This document shows, in pieces, positions 10,202 to 19,329 of a stretch of DNA of 64,000 nucleotides. The position numbers and the translations under genes were made by a program. The stretch is from assembly GCA_030753015.1 (NCBI GenBank), contig JASMDC010000002.1:32001-96000 (forward strand), in the 5' to 3' direction. Numbering within the stretch: the stretch's first letter is position 1; each line of letters opens with the position of its first letter. The notes under the pieces are model-generated. The model saw only the letters and a program-made list of their open reading frames with translations, did no database searches and was not told the origin of the DNA. The DNA comes from Candidatus Undinarchaeales archaeon. Its GTDB lineage: Archaea; SpSt-1190; JASMDC01.

Positions 10202-10441
10202 CTACTCGGGTCCGTACAGATCACCTCGCTTGAACCCCTCTTTCGGTCTTGACGAGAGGGGTGCCTTCAGCACACCCTCGATGTAGGACCGTTCAGGGGT
10301 TGTGTCCCGTACGACGACCGCAGTGAAGGAGGCCTCGCCGGTCACGGTCACCTCTATCTTCATCCCGTCGCGCAATCCGAGCTTTTCCCTGATGTTGCGT
10401 GGGATGTAGAGTTTGCTGTGATGGAAAGTTGCAATAGCCAT
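10202..10441 (-). CDS. AbrB/MazE/SpoVT-family DNA-binding protein (VapB-like antitoxin)
   Basis: KLYIPRNIREKLGLRDGMKIEV is the swapped-hairpin motif; the gene lies immediately upstream of the PIN gene. Confidence 0.85.
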   Translation of the reverse strand: MAIATFHHSKLYIPRNIREKLGLRDGMKIEVTVTGEASFTAVVVRDTTPERSYIEGVLKAPLSSRPKEGFKRGDLYGPE

Positions 10442-10469
10442 CAATCTGCCCCAATAACTATAGTACGTT

Positions 10470-10507
10470 TTGGGTATTAATACTTTACCCAATCGAAAAT
10501 TGGGTAA
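10470..10507 (-). promoter_or_regulatory. TATA box flanked by inverted repeats, putative autoregulatory operator
   Basis: TTGGGTA (10470-76), perfect palindrome GTATTAATAC (10474-83), and TTACCCAAT-N5-ATTGGGTAA (10485-10507). Confidence 0.6.
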
Positions 10508-10663
10508 TTTTTAAAGGAAAAACAAAAATGTCACTTGAAAACAACAGACATCGGTCGAATCTCCATCAAATACCACGGATTACCGCAGTACCCACAAATC
10601 AGGATTCATACACACCCGGCCGCTGGCGTAGGTTTTAAATGCGTTCACGGCCCCCTATCCAAC

Positions 10664-11089
10664 GTGGTGAAGAGTAGGCTCCGGGCCAGGAACCTCGTCA
10701 AACGTATCAACGTTGGCCACAAGGTGGAGGCGGAGAAGCGCTCGTACCTACCAACCCTCCGCGAGGTCCTCCGGACCCTCCTCGAGGTGAAACGCAAGAT
10801 CCGCGCCACGACCGTGAGGACCATGAACGAGAAGCGCTTGGTGGACCTCATCACCCTTCTTCAGAACCAGGCCGAGAGGCTTGTCCACTTCAAGCACGAT
10901 CCCGATTGTGGCGACGACGTGAACAAAGCGCTCGACCATATCCATACCTGTGTGCGGGACATAACCCTCAAGGACACCTTCCGCGCCGCACGAGAGGTGG
11001 ACCTTGCGATCAAGACTATCGCGGACGCCATCGCCATGCTGGAAATAGCGGAATGGAAGCTCGAATCAACCGCCAACGAGGAACTGTAG
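10664..11089 (+). CDS. Hypothetical helical protein
   Basis: GTG lies ~24 nt after TTTTAAAT (10633-40), suggesting a leaderless start. Basic N-terminus, helical-bundle-like C-terminus. Overlaps the next gene. Confidence 0.55.
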   Translation: MVKSRLRARNLVKRINVGHKVEAEKRSYLPTLREVLRTLLEVKRKIRATTVRTMNEKRLVDLITLLQNQAERLVHFKHDPDCGDDVNKALDHIHTCVRDITLKDTFRAAREVDLAIKTIADAIAMLEIAEWKLESTANEEL

Positions 11090-12822
11090 CGGTCATTGAC
11101 TGCTACACTGACGAGCCCGCCGGGCTCGGAGTGCCGCCCTACCTTGGAATCCACCCGCGGTACGTGGCGGGCGCTGCCAGCGTCAATGGGCACCAGCCCG
11201 TGTATCTCACTATCGATGACCTGCGTGTTACATCCCGTGGTCGAGGTCGCGGGTACGAGCATCAGAAGCGGACACTTAACACGACACCTAACCTCGCTCG
11301 CGTGTCCCGCGTCCTTGAGCAGGCGCGATTGGTGGTAGTCATCACTGGGAAAGGCACACCTGGTAAGTACGTCTCAGCGGAGCCGGGCAGTCCCGAGGAA
11401 GCAGCGAAACTGGTGGAACGATGCGCGCCACGGCATGGGCCTCTTGTAGCGGCCGGACCGTGCGCATATACCACCCCTGGGCCCTGGGCGGAGAGGTACG
11501 ACCTCGTGGCCACCGGTGACGCCGAGTGCTTTGTTGCCGATCTGCTCGCCGGTGAGGATTCCTCCGACCGGCGACGCGACCACAAAGAGCTCGATGTCTA
11601 CGCTCGAGCGGGCGCTTGCATCCTCCCTCAACACCCCTGGGGCGCTGACGCGACCGTAGAGCTGGAGACCTCACGTGGTTGCCCCCGGGCCCTCTCCGGA
11701 GGGTGTTCGTTCTGCATCGAGCCGGAGACATGGGGTCTGCCCTCCTTCCGGTCGGCAAAGGACGTCCAGGCAGAGGTGACCGCCCTGGCGGCCGAGGGCG
11801 CACGCCACTTCCGTCTCGGGCGACAGTCCTGCATCTACTCTCACGGCGCCCGTGGGATTGGGGAAACTGAGCGTCCCCGGCCCGATCCTATGGCAGTGGA
11901 GCGGCTACTGCGCGCCGTGCGGACAGCAGCTCCCGGTCTATCGACACTTCATGTGGACAACGCCAATCCCGCAATCATCGCCGCCCATCCGGAGGAGGCC
12001 GCATCGATCACCAAGATGCTCGTGCGTCACTGCACATCTGGGAACATAGCCGCTCTGGGCATGGAGAGCGCGGATCCGGCCGTTGTCAAGGCCAACAACC
12101 TCAATGCCGAACCCGAAGAGGTGCTCGCGGCCTGCCGTCTCATCAACCGGTACGGTGCCGGCCGGGGGGAGAACGGCCTGCCCCTGTTCCTTCCGGGCAT
12201 CAACGTCGTGTTCGGGCTCCTGGGCGAGACGTCCGAGACTTACGAGCTCGACCTCGCGTTCCTGCGCGGGCTGCTCGATGAGGGGCTGCTGGTACGGCGG
12301 ATCAACGTCAGGGTGGTGGTGCCCTACTCGGGCACACGGCTCGCACGGGAGGGGGCGCGCATGGCCCGGCGTCATCACTCGCTCATCATGACCTATAGGA
12401 AGCGTATCAGGGAGGAGGTGGACATACCCATGCTCCAGCGAGTGCTCCCTTTGGGGACCAGGCTCACGGGGCTGCGGGTCGAGATCGCCAAGGGGAAGAC
12501 GACCTTCCTTCGTCAGCCGGGGACCTACCCTATCACCGCCGCCATCCAGACCCCGCTCGAGCGCGGTGAGGTTATGGACGCCACGGTCGTTGCGCATCGG
12601 CAGCGGTCGGTGACGGTCGTGCCCAGGCCACTGGATGTGAACGCCGTCTCCATGTCCCTTCTAACGAGTGTTCCCGGGGTCGGGAAGCGCTGGGCAGCTC
12701 GTATCGTACTGGGTCGGCCGTACCGGGACGTCGCGGAGCTGTCCCCTCTCTTGCAGGAGATGAGCGAGCCCGAAGCGTTGGCCGCTGCCCTGGGGATACC
12801 CGCTCGGCGGGAAAAGGCTTAA
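11053..12822 (+). CDS. Radical SAM protein with TRAM-like and C-terminal helix-hairpin-helix domains (COG1031-like)
   Basis: IDCYTDEPAGLGVPPYLG N-terminal signature, CX7CX2C motif (CPRALSGGCSFC), and HhH motif SVPGVGKR. Confidence 0.85.
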   Translation: MEARINRQRGTVAVIDCYTDEPAGLGVPPYLGIHPRYVAGAASVNGHQPVYLTIDDLRVTSRGRGRGYEHQKRTLNTTPNLARVSRVLEQARLVVVITGKGTPGKYVSAEPGSPEEAAKLVERCAPRHGPLVAAGPCAYTTPGPWAERYDLVATGDAECFVADLLAGEDSSDRRRDHKELDVYARAGACILPQHPWGADATVELETSRGCPRALSGGCSFCIEPETWGLPSFRSAKDVQAEVTALAAEGARHFRLGRQSCIYSHGARGIGETERPRPDPMAVERLLRAVRTAAPGLSTLHVDNANPAIIAAHPEEAASITKMLVRHCTSGNIAALGMESADPAVVKANNLNAEPEEVLAACRLINRYGAGRGENGLPLFLPGINVVFGLLGETSETYELDLAFLRGLLDEGLLVRRINVRVVVPYSGTRLAREGARMARRHHSLIMTYRKRIREEVDIPMLQRVLPLGTRLTGLRVEIAKGKTTFLRQPGTYPITAAIQTPLERGEVMDATVVAHRQRSVTVVPRPLDVNAVSMSLLTSVPGVGKRWAARIVLGRPYRDVAELSPLLQEMSEPEALAAALGIPARREKA

Positions 12823-12847
12823 AAACCATAGGGCGGCAGGGTGCCTC

Positions 12848-13903
12848 ATGAAGGCCGTACGCTCCATCACGCTCCCTCGCCGAGTGCTCATCGGTCACGA
12901 CGTGCTAGACGAGGTGGGTACCGTATGTGGTGAGCTCGACCTGGGCGGATCCCTTGTAGTAGCATACGACAAGGGGACGCTGAAAGCGGCTGGAGCAAAG
13001 GTGTTGGACGTGCTACGCAATGACGGTTTCACCGTGACGGCCTTTGAGGTGACCGAGGGAGGGCCTCCAGATGTGGACGCTCTCCAGAACACGGCGCGCG
13101 ATCACGGCGCCATCGTGGCCGTCGGTGGAGGACGGGTCATCGACGTGTCCAAGGCGGCCGGCTTCATGGCGGCCATCCCCTTTGTCAGCATCCCCACCGC
13201 CGCCTCGCACGACGGTATCGCTTCGGCGCAGGCGTCCCTCATAGAGGAGGGCCAGCGCCACAGCATCGCCGCCGTTCCTCCGGTCGCCATAGTCGCGGAC
13301 ACGGCCGTTATCGCCAAGGCGCCACCCCGGCTGTACCGTGCAGGGTGCGGTGACATCATCTCGAACTTCACCGCAGTGCTCGATTGGCAGCTGGCGCGCC
13401 GGCTACACAACGAGTACTACGGTGAGTACGCCGCCAACCTCGCGCTCATGTCGGCCACCATGCTCATGGAGAACGCTGACATCGTGGCGACCACGAACGA
13501 GGAGGGGCTCAGTATCGTGCTGGAAGCCCTCATCTCCAACTCGGTGGCCATGAGCATCTCGGGCTCGTCCCGCCCTTGTTCTGGGGGCGAGCACCTCTTC
13601 AGCCACGCTCTCGACAGCTTCGCCAAGCGGCCCGCGCTACACGGGGAGCAGGTGGCCCTGGGGACCATCATCTGCACCTACCTCCACGGTGAGGACTGGG
13701 AGACCGTGCGCGACGCTCTTGCATGCATCGGCGCTCCTGTCACCGCGAAGGAGGCCGGGCTGACCGACAAGGAGATCGTCAAGGCCCTTCTGATGGCGCC
13801 CAAACTGCGAAAGAGGTTCACTATCCTCCATACGGGCATCACCGAGAAAGCTGCCCGCCGAGCAGCAGAGGCCACGGGTGTCATCGCAGGAGGCGGTAGA
13901 TGA
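12848..13903 (+). CDS. egsA: sn-glycerol-1-phosphate dehydrogenase
   Basis: GGGRVIDVSK, PTAASHDGIAS, SRPCSGGEH and ALHGEQV motifs. Confidence 0.93.
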   Translation: MKAVRSITLPRRVLIGHDVLDEVGTVCGELDLGGSLVVAYDKGTLKAAGAKVLDVLRNDGFTVTAFEVTEGGPPDVDALQNTARDHGAIVAVGGGRVIDVSKAAGFMAAIPFVSIPTAASHDGIASAQASLIEEGQRHSIAAVPPVAIVADTAVIAKAPPRLYRAGCGDIISNFTAVLDWQLARRLHNEYYGEYAANLALMSATMLMENADIVATTNEEGLSIVLEALISNSVAMSISGSSRPCSGGEHLFSHALDSFAKRPALHGEQVALGTIICTYLHGEDWETVRDALACIGAPVTAKEAGLTDKEIVKALLMAPKLRKRFTILHTGITEKAARRAAEATGVIAGGGR

Positions 13904-14994
13904 TGCCTGAGCTCGATCCGTGGGGTAGTTCGGACATCGAGGACTACGCCAAGCTCTTCGACGAGTTCGGTATCCAGCCATTCGAGGAGATACTCGGTAG
14001 TATCGAGAATCCGCACATGCTCATGCGTCGGAAGATCGTGTTCGGCCACCGGGACCTTGAGCGCGTCCTCGACGCAAAGAGGAAGGGCGAGCGGTTCGCT
14101 CTTGTGAGCGGTATGATGCCCTCGGGCAAGATGCACTTTGGCCACAAGATGGTGGTCGACCAGCTCATGTGGTGGCAGGACCTCGGCACGCCCCTCTACA
14201 TCCCCATCGCAAGCGTTGAGGCGTACGGCGTGCGGGAGAAGTCCCTCGACGAAGTGGAACGGTTGGGGATCGAGGAGTACTTGGTAAACTACATCGCCCT
14301 TGGGCTGCGGCCTGACAATTGCACGGTTTACTTCCAGGAGAAGCGACGGGCCGTTGACACCTTAGCACTTCTCTTCTCGCGACGGGTCACCTTCAACGAG
14401 CTGCGCGCCATCTACGGCGAGCTCTCACCCGCCAAGATAGTCTCGGCACTGGTCCAGGTGGGTGACATCCTCCACCCGCAACTGCAGGAGTACGAAGGAC
14501 CTTGCCCTGTCGTTGTCCCCGTGGGTGCTGACCAGGACCCCCATATCCGGCTTACCCGTGACATAGCCTCCCGTGCATCCTCCGAGTTCGGCTTCCAACC
14601 CTGCGCAGCTACGTACCACAGGTTCAATTCGGGGCTGGACGGCGGGAAGATGTCCTCCAGCAAACCCTCATCCTACATCGCGCTCACCGAGACGCTCAAG
14701 GACGCGCGGTACAAGCTCATGAACGCCTTCACCGGTGGGCGTGACACCCTCAAGGAGCAGAAGGAGCTCGGCGGCAGACCGGATATCTGCACCGTCTACG
14801 AGCTCATGAAGCTCCACCTCGAGCCCGACGACGCCAAGCTCGAGAATACTTTCCGTACCTGTGCTGCAGGAGAACTCATGTGCGGCGACTGCAAGAAGTG
14901 CGCCTGGGACCTCCTTGAGCGCTTCCTGGTCGAGCACCAGGAAAAACGGGAGAAGGCGCGCGACCGCATCGAGGAGTACTTAGTAAAGGAGTGA
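13900..14994 (+). CDS. trpS: Tryptophanyl-tRNA synthetase
   Basis: LDPWG, PSGKMHFGH (HIGH), GADQDPH and KMSSS motifs. Confidence 0.95.
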   Translation: MMPELDPWGSSDIEDYAKLFDEFGIQPFEEILGSIENPHMLMRRKIVFGHRDLERVLDAKRKGERFALVSGMMPSGKMHFGHKMVVDQLMWWQDLGTPLYIPIASVEAYGVREKSLDEVERLGIEEYLVNYIALGLRPDNCTVYFQEKRRAVDTLALLFSRRVTFNELRAIYGELSPAKIVSALVQVGDILHPQLQEYEGPCPVVVPVGADQDPHIRLTRDIASRASSEFGFQPCAATYHRFNSGLDGGKMSSSKPSSYIALTETLKDARYKLMNAFTGGRDTLKEQKELGGRPDICTVYELMKLHLEPDDAKLENTFRTCAAGELMCGDCKKCAWDLLERFLVEHQEKREKARDRIEEYLVKE

Positions 14995-16484
14995 TTAACG
15001 TGGAGCTACACCCGAAGGAGCGCGACATCCTAGCCGCCCTGGCGGCCACCGACGGCCCGGCCCGTCCGGAGGAGCTTGAGAGTGTGGACCCCACCACCGC
15101 CCGCAGAATGGGTTACTGGCTCTCCCAGAAGGGGCTTGTGACACTCGAGGAGCGTACCCTCGAGGAGGCCCGCATCACCGAGGAGGGGCGGTTGGCCGCT
15201 TCAAACGGCCTCATCGAACGACGGCTGCTTACTATCCTCACCAAGAAGACACCGCTCGAGGACCTCTTCCGTACCGAGGGCCTGTCCCGGGAGCAGGTGA
15301 AGATCGGGCTCGGTTGGCTGCGCAAACGCAAGTGGGCGACGATCGGGCGTGACGAGGACGTCACGGTGCTCACCCGCAGCGATGAGGGGACGAAGGCCGT
15401 CGACGGGACCTTACTTGAGGAGGAGATTCTCGTCAAGCTGGCCATCGGTCCCATCGCGGTCACCGACAAGGAGCGCAAACTTCTCGAGACGCTCGTCCAT
15501 CGTAGCATGGCCACCGTCTCCGAGCGCAAGGAGCTCGTGCTCACCATCACCGACGAGGGCCGGGAAACCCTCGAATCGAGCGATGACGAAGGCTCCGTCA
15601 GCCTCCTCACTCCTGTTATGCTCGAGACCGGTTCATGGCGGAACGTCTCCTTCCGCAAATACGACGTCACACTTCCCGTCCCGCCGACACGGCCCGGGCG
15701 GAAGCACCCACTCCCAGTGCTCATCGACCGGGTACGCCGTATCTTCCTCGATATGGGATTCCAGGAAGCTCGAGGACCTTTCGTGGAGTCGTCCTTCTGG
15801 TGTTTCGACGCCCTCTTCCAGCCTCAGGACCATCCGGCACGCGAACTTGCTGACACGTTCTACATGAAGAACCCGGCCAAGACCGTGCTCCCGAAGAAGA
15901 TCGTGCCCAAGGTGCGCTCGGCCCACGAGAACGGCACGGCCGGCTCGTCCGGGTGGGGTTACAAATGGAGCGAAGACGTGTCCCGACGGCCGGTTCTGCG
16001 TACGCACACGACAGCGGTCTCGGCCCGCCGTCTCTCCGAGCTCACGCCTCCCGCCAAGGTGTTCTGTGTTGACCGTGCCTTCCGCAACGAGACGCTGGAC
16101 TACAAGCACCTGATGGAGTTCCACCAGGTGGAGGGCATCGTGGTGTCCGAGGACGTCACCTTCAACCACCTGTTGGGCTATCTCAAGGAGTTCTACCAGC
16201 GCCTGGGTTTCGACAAGGTGCGGTTCCGACCCGCCTACTTTCCTTACACCGAGATGAGCGTCGAGCCCGAGGTGTGGATGCCCTCACGAAAGAGCTGGAT
16301 CGAGCTGGGTGGCGCAGGGATGTTCCGCCCCGAGGTCACCGAACCGCTGGGCATCGAGTGTCCGGTGCTCGCTTGGGGCCTCGGTCTGGAGCGTCCGGCC
16401 ATGCTGGCCCTGGAGATGGATGACATGCGCACCTTCTATCGCAACGACGCGGACTGGCTGGCCGACGCGCCGGGGGTGTTCTGA
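14991..16484 (+). CDS. pheS: Phenylalanyl-tRNA synthetase alpha subunit
   Basis: FDALFQPQDHPARE, LRTHTT, FRNETLD, YFPYTE and WGLGLER motifs. Confidence 0.96.
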   Translation: MINVELHPKERDILAALAATDGPARPEELESVDPTTARRMGYWLSQKGLVTLEERTLEEARITEEGRLAASNGLIERRLLTILTKKTPLEDLFRTEGLSREQVKIGLGWLRKRKWATIGRDEDVTVLTRSDEGTKAVDGTLLEEEILVKLAIGPIAVTDKERKLLETLVHRSMATVSERKELVLTITDEGRETLESSDDEGSVSLLTPVMLETGSWRNVSFRKYDVTLPVPPTRPGRKHPLPVLIDRVRRIFLDMGFQEARGPFVESSFWCFDALFQPQDHPARELADTFYMKNPAKTVLPKKIVPKVRSAHENGTAGSSGWGYKWSEDVSRRPVLRTHTTAVSARRLSELTPPAKVFCVDRAFRNETLDYKHLMEFHQVEGIVVSEDVTFNHLLGYLKEFYQRLGFDKVRFRPAYFPYTEMSVEPEVWMPSRKSWIELGGAGMFRPEVTEPLGIECPVLAWGLGLERPAMLALEMDDMRTFYRNDADWLADAPGVF

Positions 16485-18167
16485 ATGGCAACGCTGACGT
16501 TCGACCTGCCCGATCTGTTCAAGCTCATCGGCAAGAAGCTTCCCGTCGACGAGCTCTCGGCCATCCTCGCGGCCATGGGCGTGCCCGTGGAGGGCGTGGA
16601 GGGCGACGAGATCGAGGTCGAGGTGTTCCCCAACCGGCCCGACATGCTCTCGGTGGAGGGCGTCGCCCGGAACCTCAGGGGCATCCTTGGCATCGAGACG
16701 GGATTGCCTGCCACACCGCTCAAGGCATCGGACCTGGTCGTGGAGGTGGACCCGTCCACCAAGGACATCCGTCCCTTCATCGTATGCGGCATCGCCCGCA
16801 ACGTCACGTTCGACGATTCCTTCATCCGCTCGGTGATGCAGATCCAGGAGAAGCTGCACGCCACGCACTGCAGGAAGCGGCGCAAGGCGTCCATCGGAAT
16901 CTACGACCTGGATACCATCACAGGCCCAATACGATACGTCGCTCTGGAGCCGGGGATGATCGAGTTCGTACCCCTCTCCCTCGAGGGCGAGGAGGAGTAC
17001 GGCACTATGAGCGGTCGTGAGATCCTCATCAAGCACTCCAAGGGCCGTGACTACGCGTTCACCCTCGAGGACCTGCCACGCTTCCCCATCCTGGAGGACG
17101 CCAATGGTCAGGTGCTCTCCATGCCCCCCATCATCAACAGCGAGGAGACCCGCGTTTCCGAGGGGACGACGAACCTGTTCTTCGATGTCACCGGCACCGA
17201 TCTCAAGACCATTTGCCAAGTACTCAATATATTCTGCGCCCTGCTCACCGACCGGGGCGCTGATGTGGGAAGTGTCGAGGTGCGTTACCCGGACGCCATC
17301 ATGGTCACACCGGAGCTGGCGCCGTCCACCATGGAGGTCGATGTGGCGTATATCACGGGTCTGTTGGGCATCACCCTTTCCGACAAGGAAGTGGCCGAAC
17401 GCCTGGAGCGCATGCGCCTGGGCGTCAAGAAGAAGGGGAAGGGCCGTCTTGAGGTATCAGTCCCCGCCTTCCGTACAGATGTGATGCATCCCATGGACCT
17501 GGCGGAGGACGTGGCAATCGGCCACGGGTACGATAACTTCGAACCATCCCTCCCTGCCGTAGCGACCGTGGGGGCGCCCTTGCCGATTCGTGATGCTGGC
17601 GACGTGGTCCGAGATGCTCTGATAGGCCATGGATTCAGCGAGGTCATCACATTCGTGCTCACCAATCCCGATCGGCTCTTTACGAGGATGGGCGAGGAGC
17701 AACGGCCGGTAGCGACCATCGCCAATCCCAACTCCAGCGAGTTCACCGTGGTCCGCGATCGCCTTCTGCCCTCCCTTATCGAGACGCTGGAGCGGAACAA
17801 GCGCCACGGGTACCCCCAGCGCCTCTTCGAGGTGGGGGATATCGTGGTGCTCGATGATAAAGCGGACACCGGGACGCGGAACGTCCGGCGCCTTGACGGT
17901 GCCATGGCCGGAACGGACGCCACATTCGCTGCACTGAAGGCGGTAGTGGAGTCCCTGGGGCGGACCCTGGGACGGTCGATGACTTTCGAAGCGGTCGATG
18001 AGAAGGCCTTCATCCCCGGTCGAGCGGCGCGGGTGCTCGTGGAAGGTGCTCCCGCAGGAGTGTTCGGTGAAATCCATCCGGCGGTGCTGGAGTCCTTCGC
18101 TCTGGAGGTCCCTGTCGCTGCCCTTGAGTTCGACCTGGAGGTGCTCTACAATGGTACGCAAGCGTAA
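16485..18167 (+). CDS. pheT: Phenylalanyl-tRNA synthetase beta subunit
   Basis: PNRPDMLSVEG, QEKLH, MPPIINS and DLAEDVAI motifs; follows pheS directly. Confidence 0.96.
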   Translation: MATLTFDLPDLFKLIGKKLPVDELSAILAAMGVPVEGVEGDEIEVEVFPNRPDMLSVEGVARNLRGILGIETGLPATPLKASDLVVEVDPSTKDIRPFIVCGIARNVTFDDSFIRSVMQIQEKLHATHCRKRRKASIGIYDLDTITGPIRYVALEPGMIEFVPLSLEGEEEYGTMSGREILIKHSKGRDYAFTLEDLPRFPILEDANGQVLSMPPIINSEETRVSEGTTNLFFDVTGTDLKTICQVLNIFCALLTDRGADVGSVEVRYPDAIMVTPELAPSTMEVDVAYITGLLGITLSDKEVAERLERMRLGVKKKGKGRLEVSVPAFRTDVMHPMDLAEDVAIGHGYDNFEPSLPAVATVGAPLPIRDAGDVVRDALIGHGFSEVITFVLTNPDRLFTRMGEEQRPVATIANPNSSEFTVVRDRLLPSLIETLERNKRHGYPQRLFEVGDIVVLDDKADTGTRNVRRLDGAMAGTDATFAALKAVVESLGRTLGRSMTFEAVDEKAFIPGRAARVLVEGAPAGVFGEIHPAVLESFALEVPVAALEFDLEVLYNGTQA

Positions 18168-19257
18168 GATCAAGCGGTCCGCAGAGATCGCCCTGGAGAT
18201 GGTAGAGGAGCACGATGATCACAAGCGGAGCCATGGAACATCGGACAAGATGTTCGCGTTCTTCGTAGGAGGGATCATGATCCTCTCTGCTGTGGCCCTG
18301 GGATTCAATTACTTCAGCACGTTCGATAGCGGCGGTGGTAGTGGAGGCCGGGAAGGAGCGCCCGAAGGAGGCCGTTTCCTCTTCGACTGGGATCTGGTGC
18401 CCGGCGAACACTCACCCCAGCTCCGCACGGTCCTCGTGGATGTCTTCGGGGTCACCTTCGCTTCGGAGCCTTCAGTTTTGAAGAGCAAGGATGGTCTGAC
18501 GATCACCTATAGTGATGGGAGCACGACAAGCACCCTCACCCTGGAAGCGGACCAAGAGCTCGTCTCCCTGAACCTCCAGGACGGTACGGAGTACTTGTTC
18601 AAGCTCGTTGAGGACGGGGAGGGTCGTGCTGTGTATGCCACAAGCGAGCGGATCACGCGCTCTCAGGACTATGAGATCGACCTGACCAAGTTCCTTGATA
18701 CTGAAGGCGATTCGCCACCTGAGGAGGCCGAGGCCTATTTCGTGCCTGCGACGATCAAGGGTCGTCTCCCGAGCCTCGTGTTCTTCGGCACCATGGGTGA
18801 GAATACGACCCTCACGCGCCAGGAGGTCATCGTGCGGGTACGTGGTGTGAGGGGTGTTGCCAACGCTACTGAGGCACCTGCCGAGAAGGAGGAGGTCCTT
18901 CATCTCCAGCTCTTCCTCGACCTCGAACATATCCTGGACCAGAACCTCACTGCGAAGCTCGCGGGACAGTTGGAAGTTCTCGGAAAAGAGCTTGCTCTCG
19001 AGACACCAGCAGTATACCAGCCATCGTTCGCTGAGCTGGAAACCGACAAGGTGAACATGACCGTGGGCGGAGAGGGCAAGGTGATCACCTTACGAAACAA
19101 GCTCATCTACAGCATGCTCACACCACCGGTCGAGGAGAACGCTACCGTGCAGCTCATGCTCCGGGGTAAGGTCGTGGGGAGTCGCCCGCACATCCTCACC
19201 GACGGCCGAGAGGACATCATGGGTTTCCAGCAGGCATTCACCCTCTCGCTCGGTTGA
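18151..19257 (+). CDS. Hypothetical single-pass membrane protein
   Basis: ATG at 18151 with GGAGGTG upstream. Basic N-terminus, TM segment FAFFVGGIMILSAVALGF, and an LFDWDLVPG-type module. Confidence 0.75.
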   Translation: MVRKRKIKRSAEIALEMVEEHDDHKRSHGTSDKMFAFFVGGIMILSAVALGFNYFSTFDSGGGSGGREGAPEGGRFLFDWDLVPGEHSPQLRTVLVDVFGVTFASEPSVLKSKDGLTITYSDGSTTSTLTLEADQELVSLNLQDGTEYLFKLVEDGEGRAVYATSERITRSQDYEIDLTKFLDTEGDSPPEEAEAYFVPATIKGRLPSLVFFGTMGENTTLTRQEVIVRVRGVRGVANATEAPAEKEEVLHLQLFLDLEHILDQNLTAKLAGQLEVLGKELALETPAVYQPSFAELETDKVNMTVGGEGKVITLRNKLIYSMLTPPVEENATVQLMLRGKVVGSRPHILTDGREDIMGFQQAFTLSLG

Positions 19258-19272
19258 CGGCCCCTCCATCTG

Positions 19273-19287
19273 GGAAAGGTATAAATA
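19273..19287 (+). promoter_or_regulatory. BRE-TATA promoter of GCS2 paralog 1
   Basis: GGAAAG-GTATAAATA about 45 nt upstream of the start. Confidence 0.65.
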
Positions 19288-19329
19288 GCGCCGAGTGAGC
19301 GAAACCCCGGCAGTAGGGGACTGTCATCT

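Noticed and set aside
10535-11052. N-terminal extensions of track ORFs 10535 and 10906
   Set aside because: TATA position and family motifs point to starts at 10664 and 11053.
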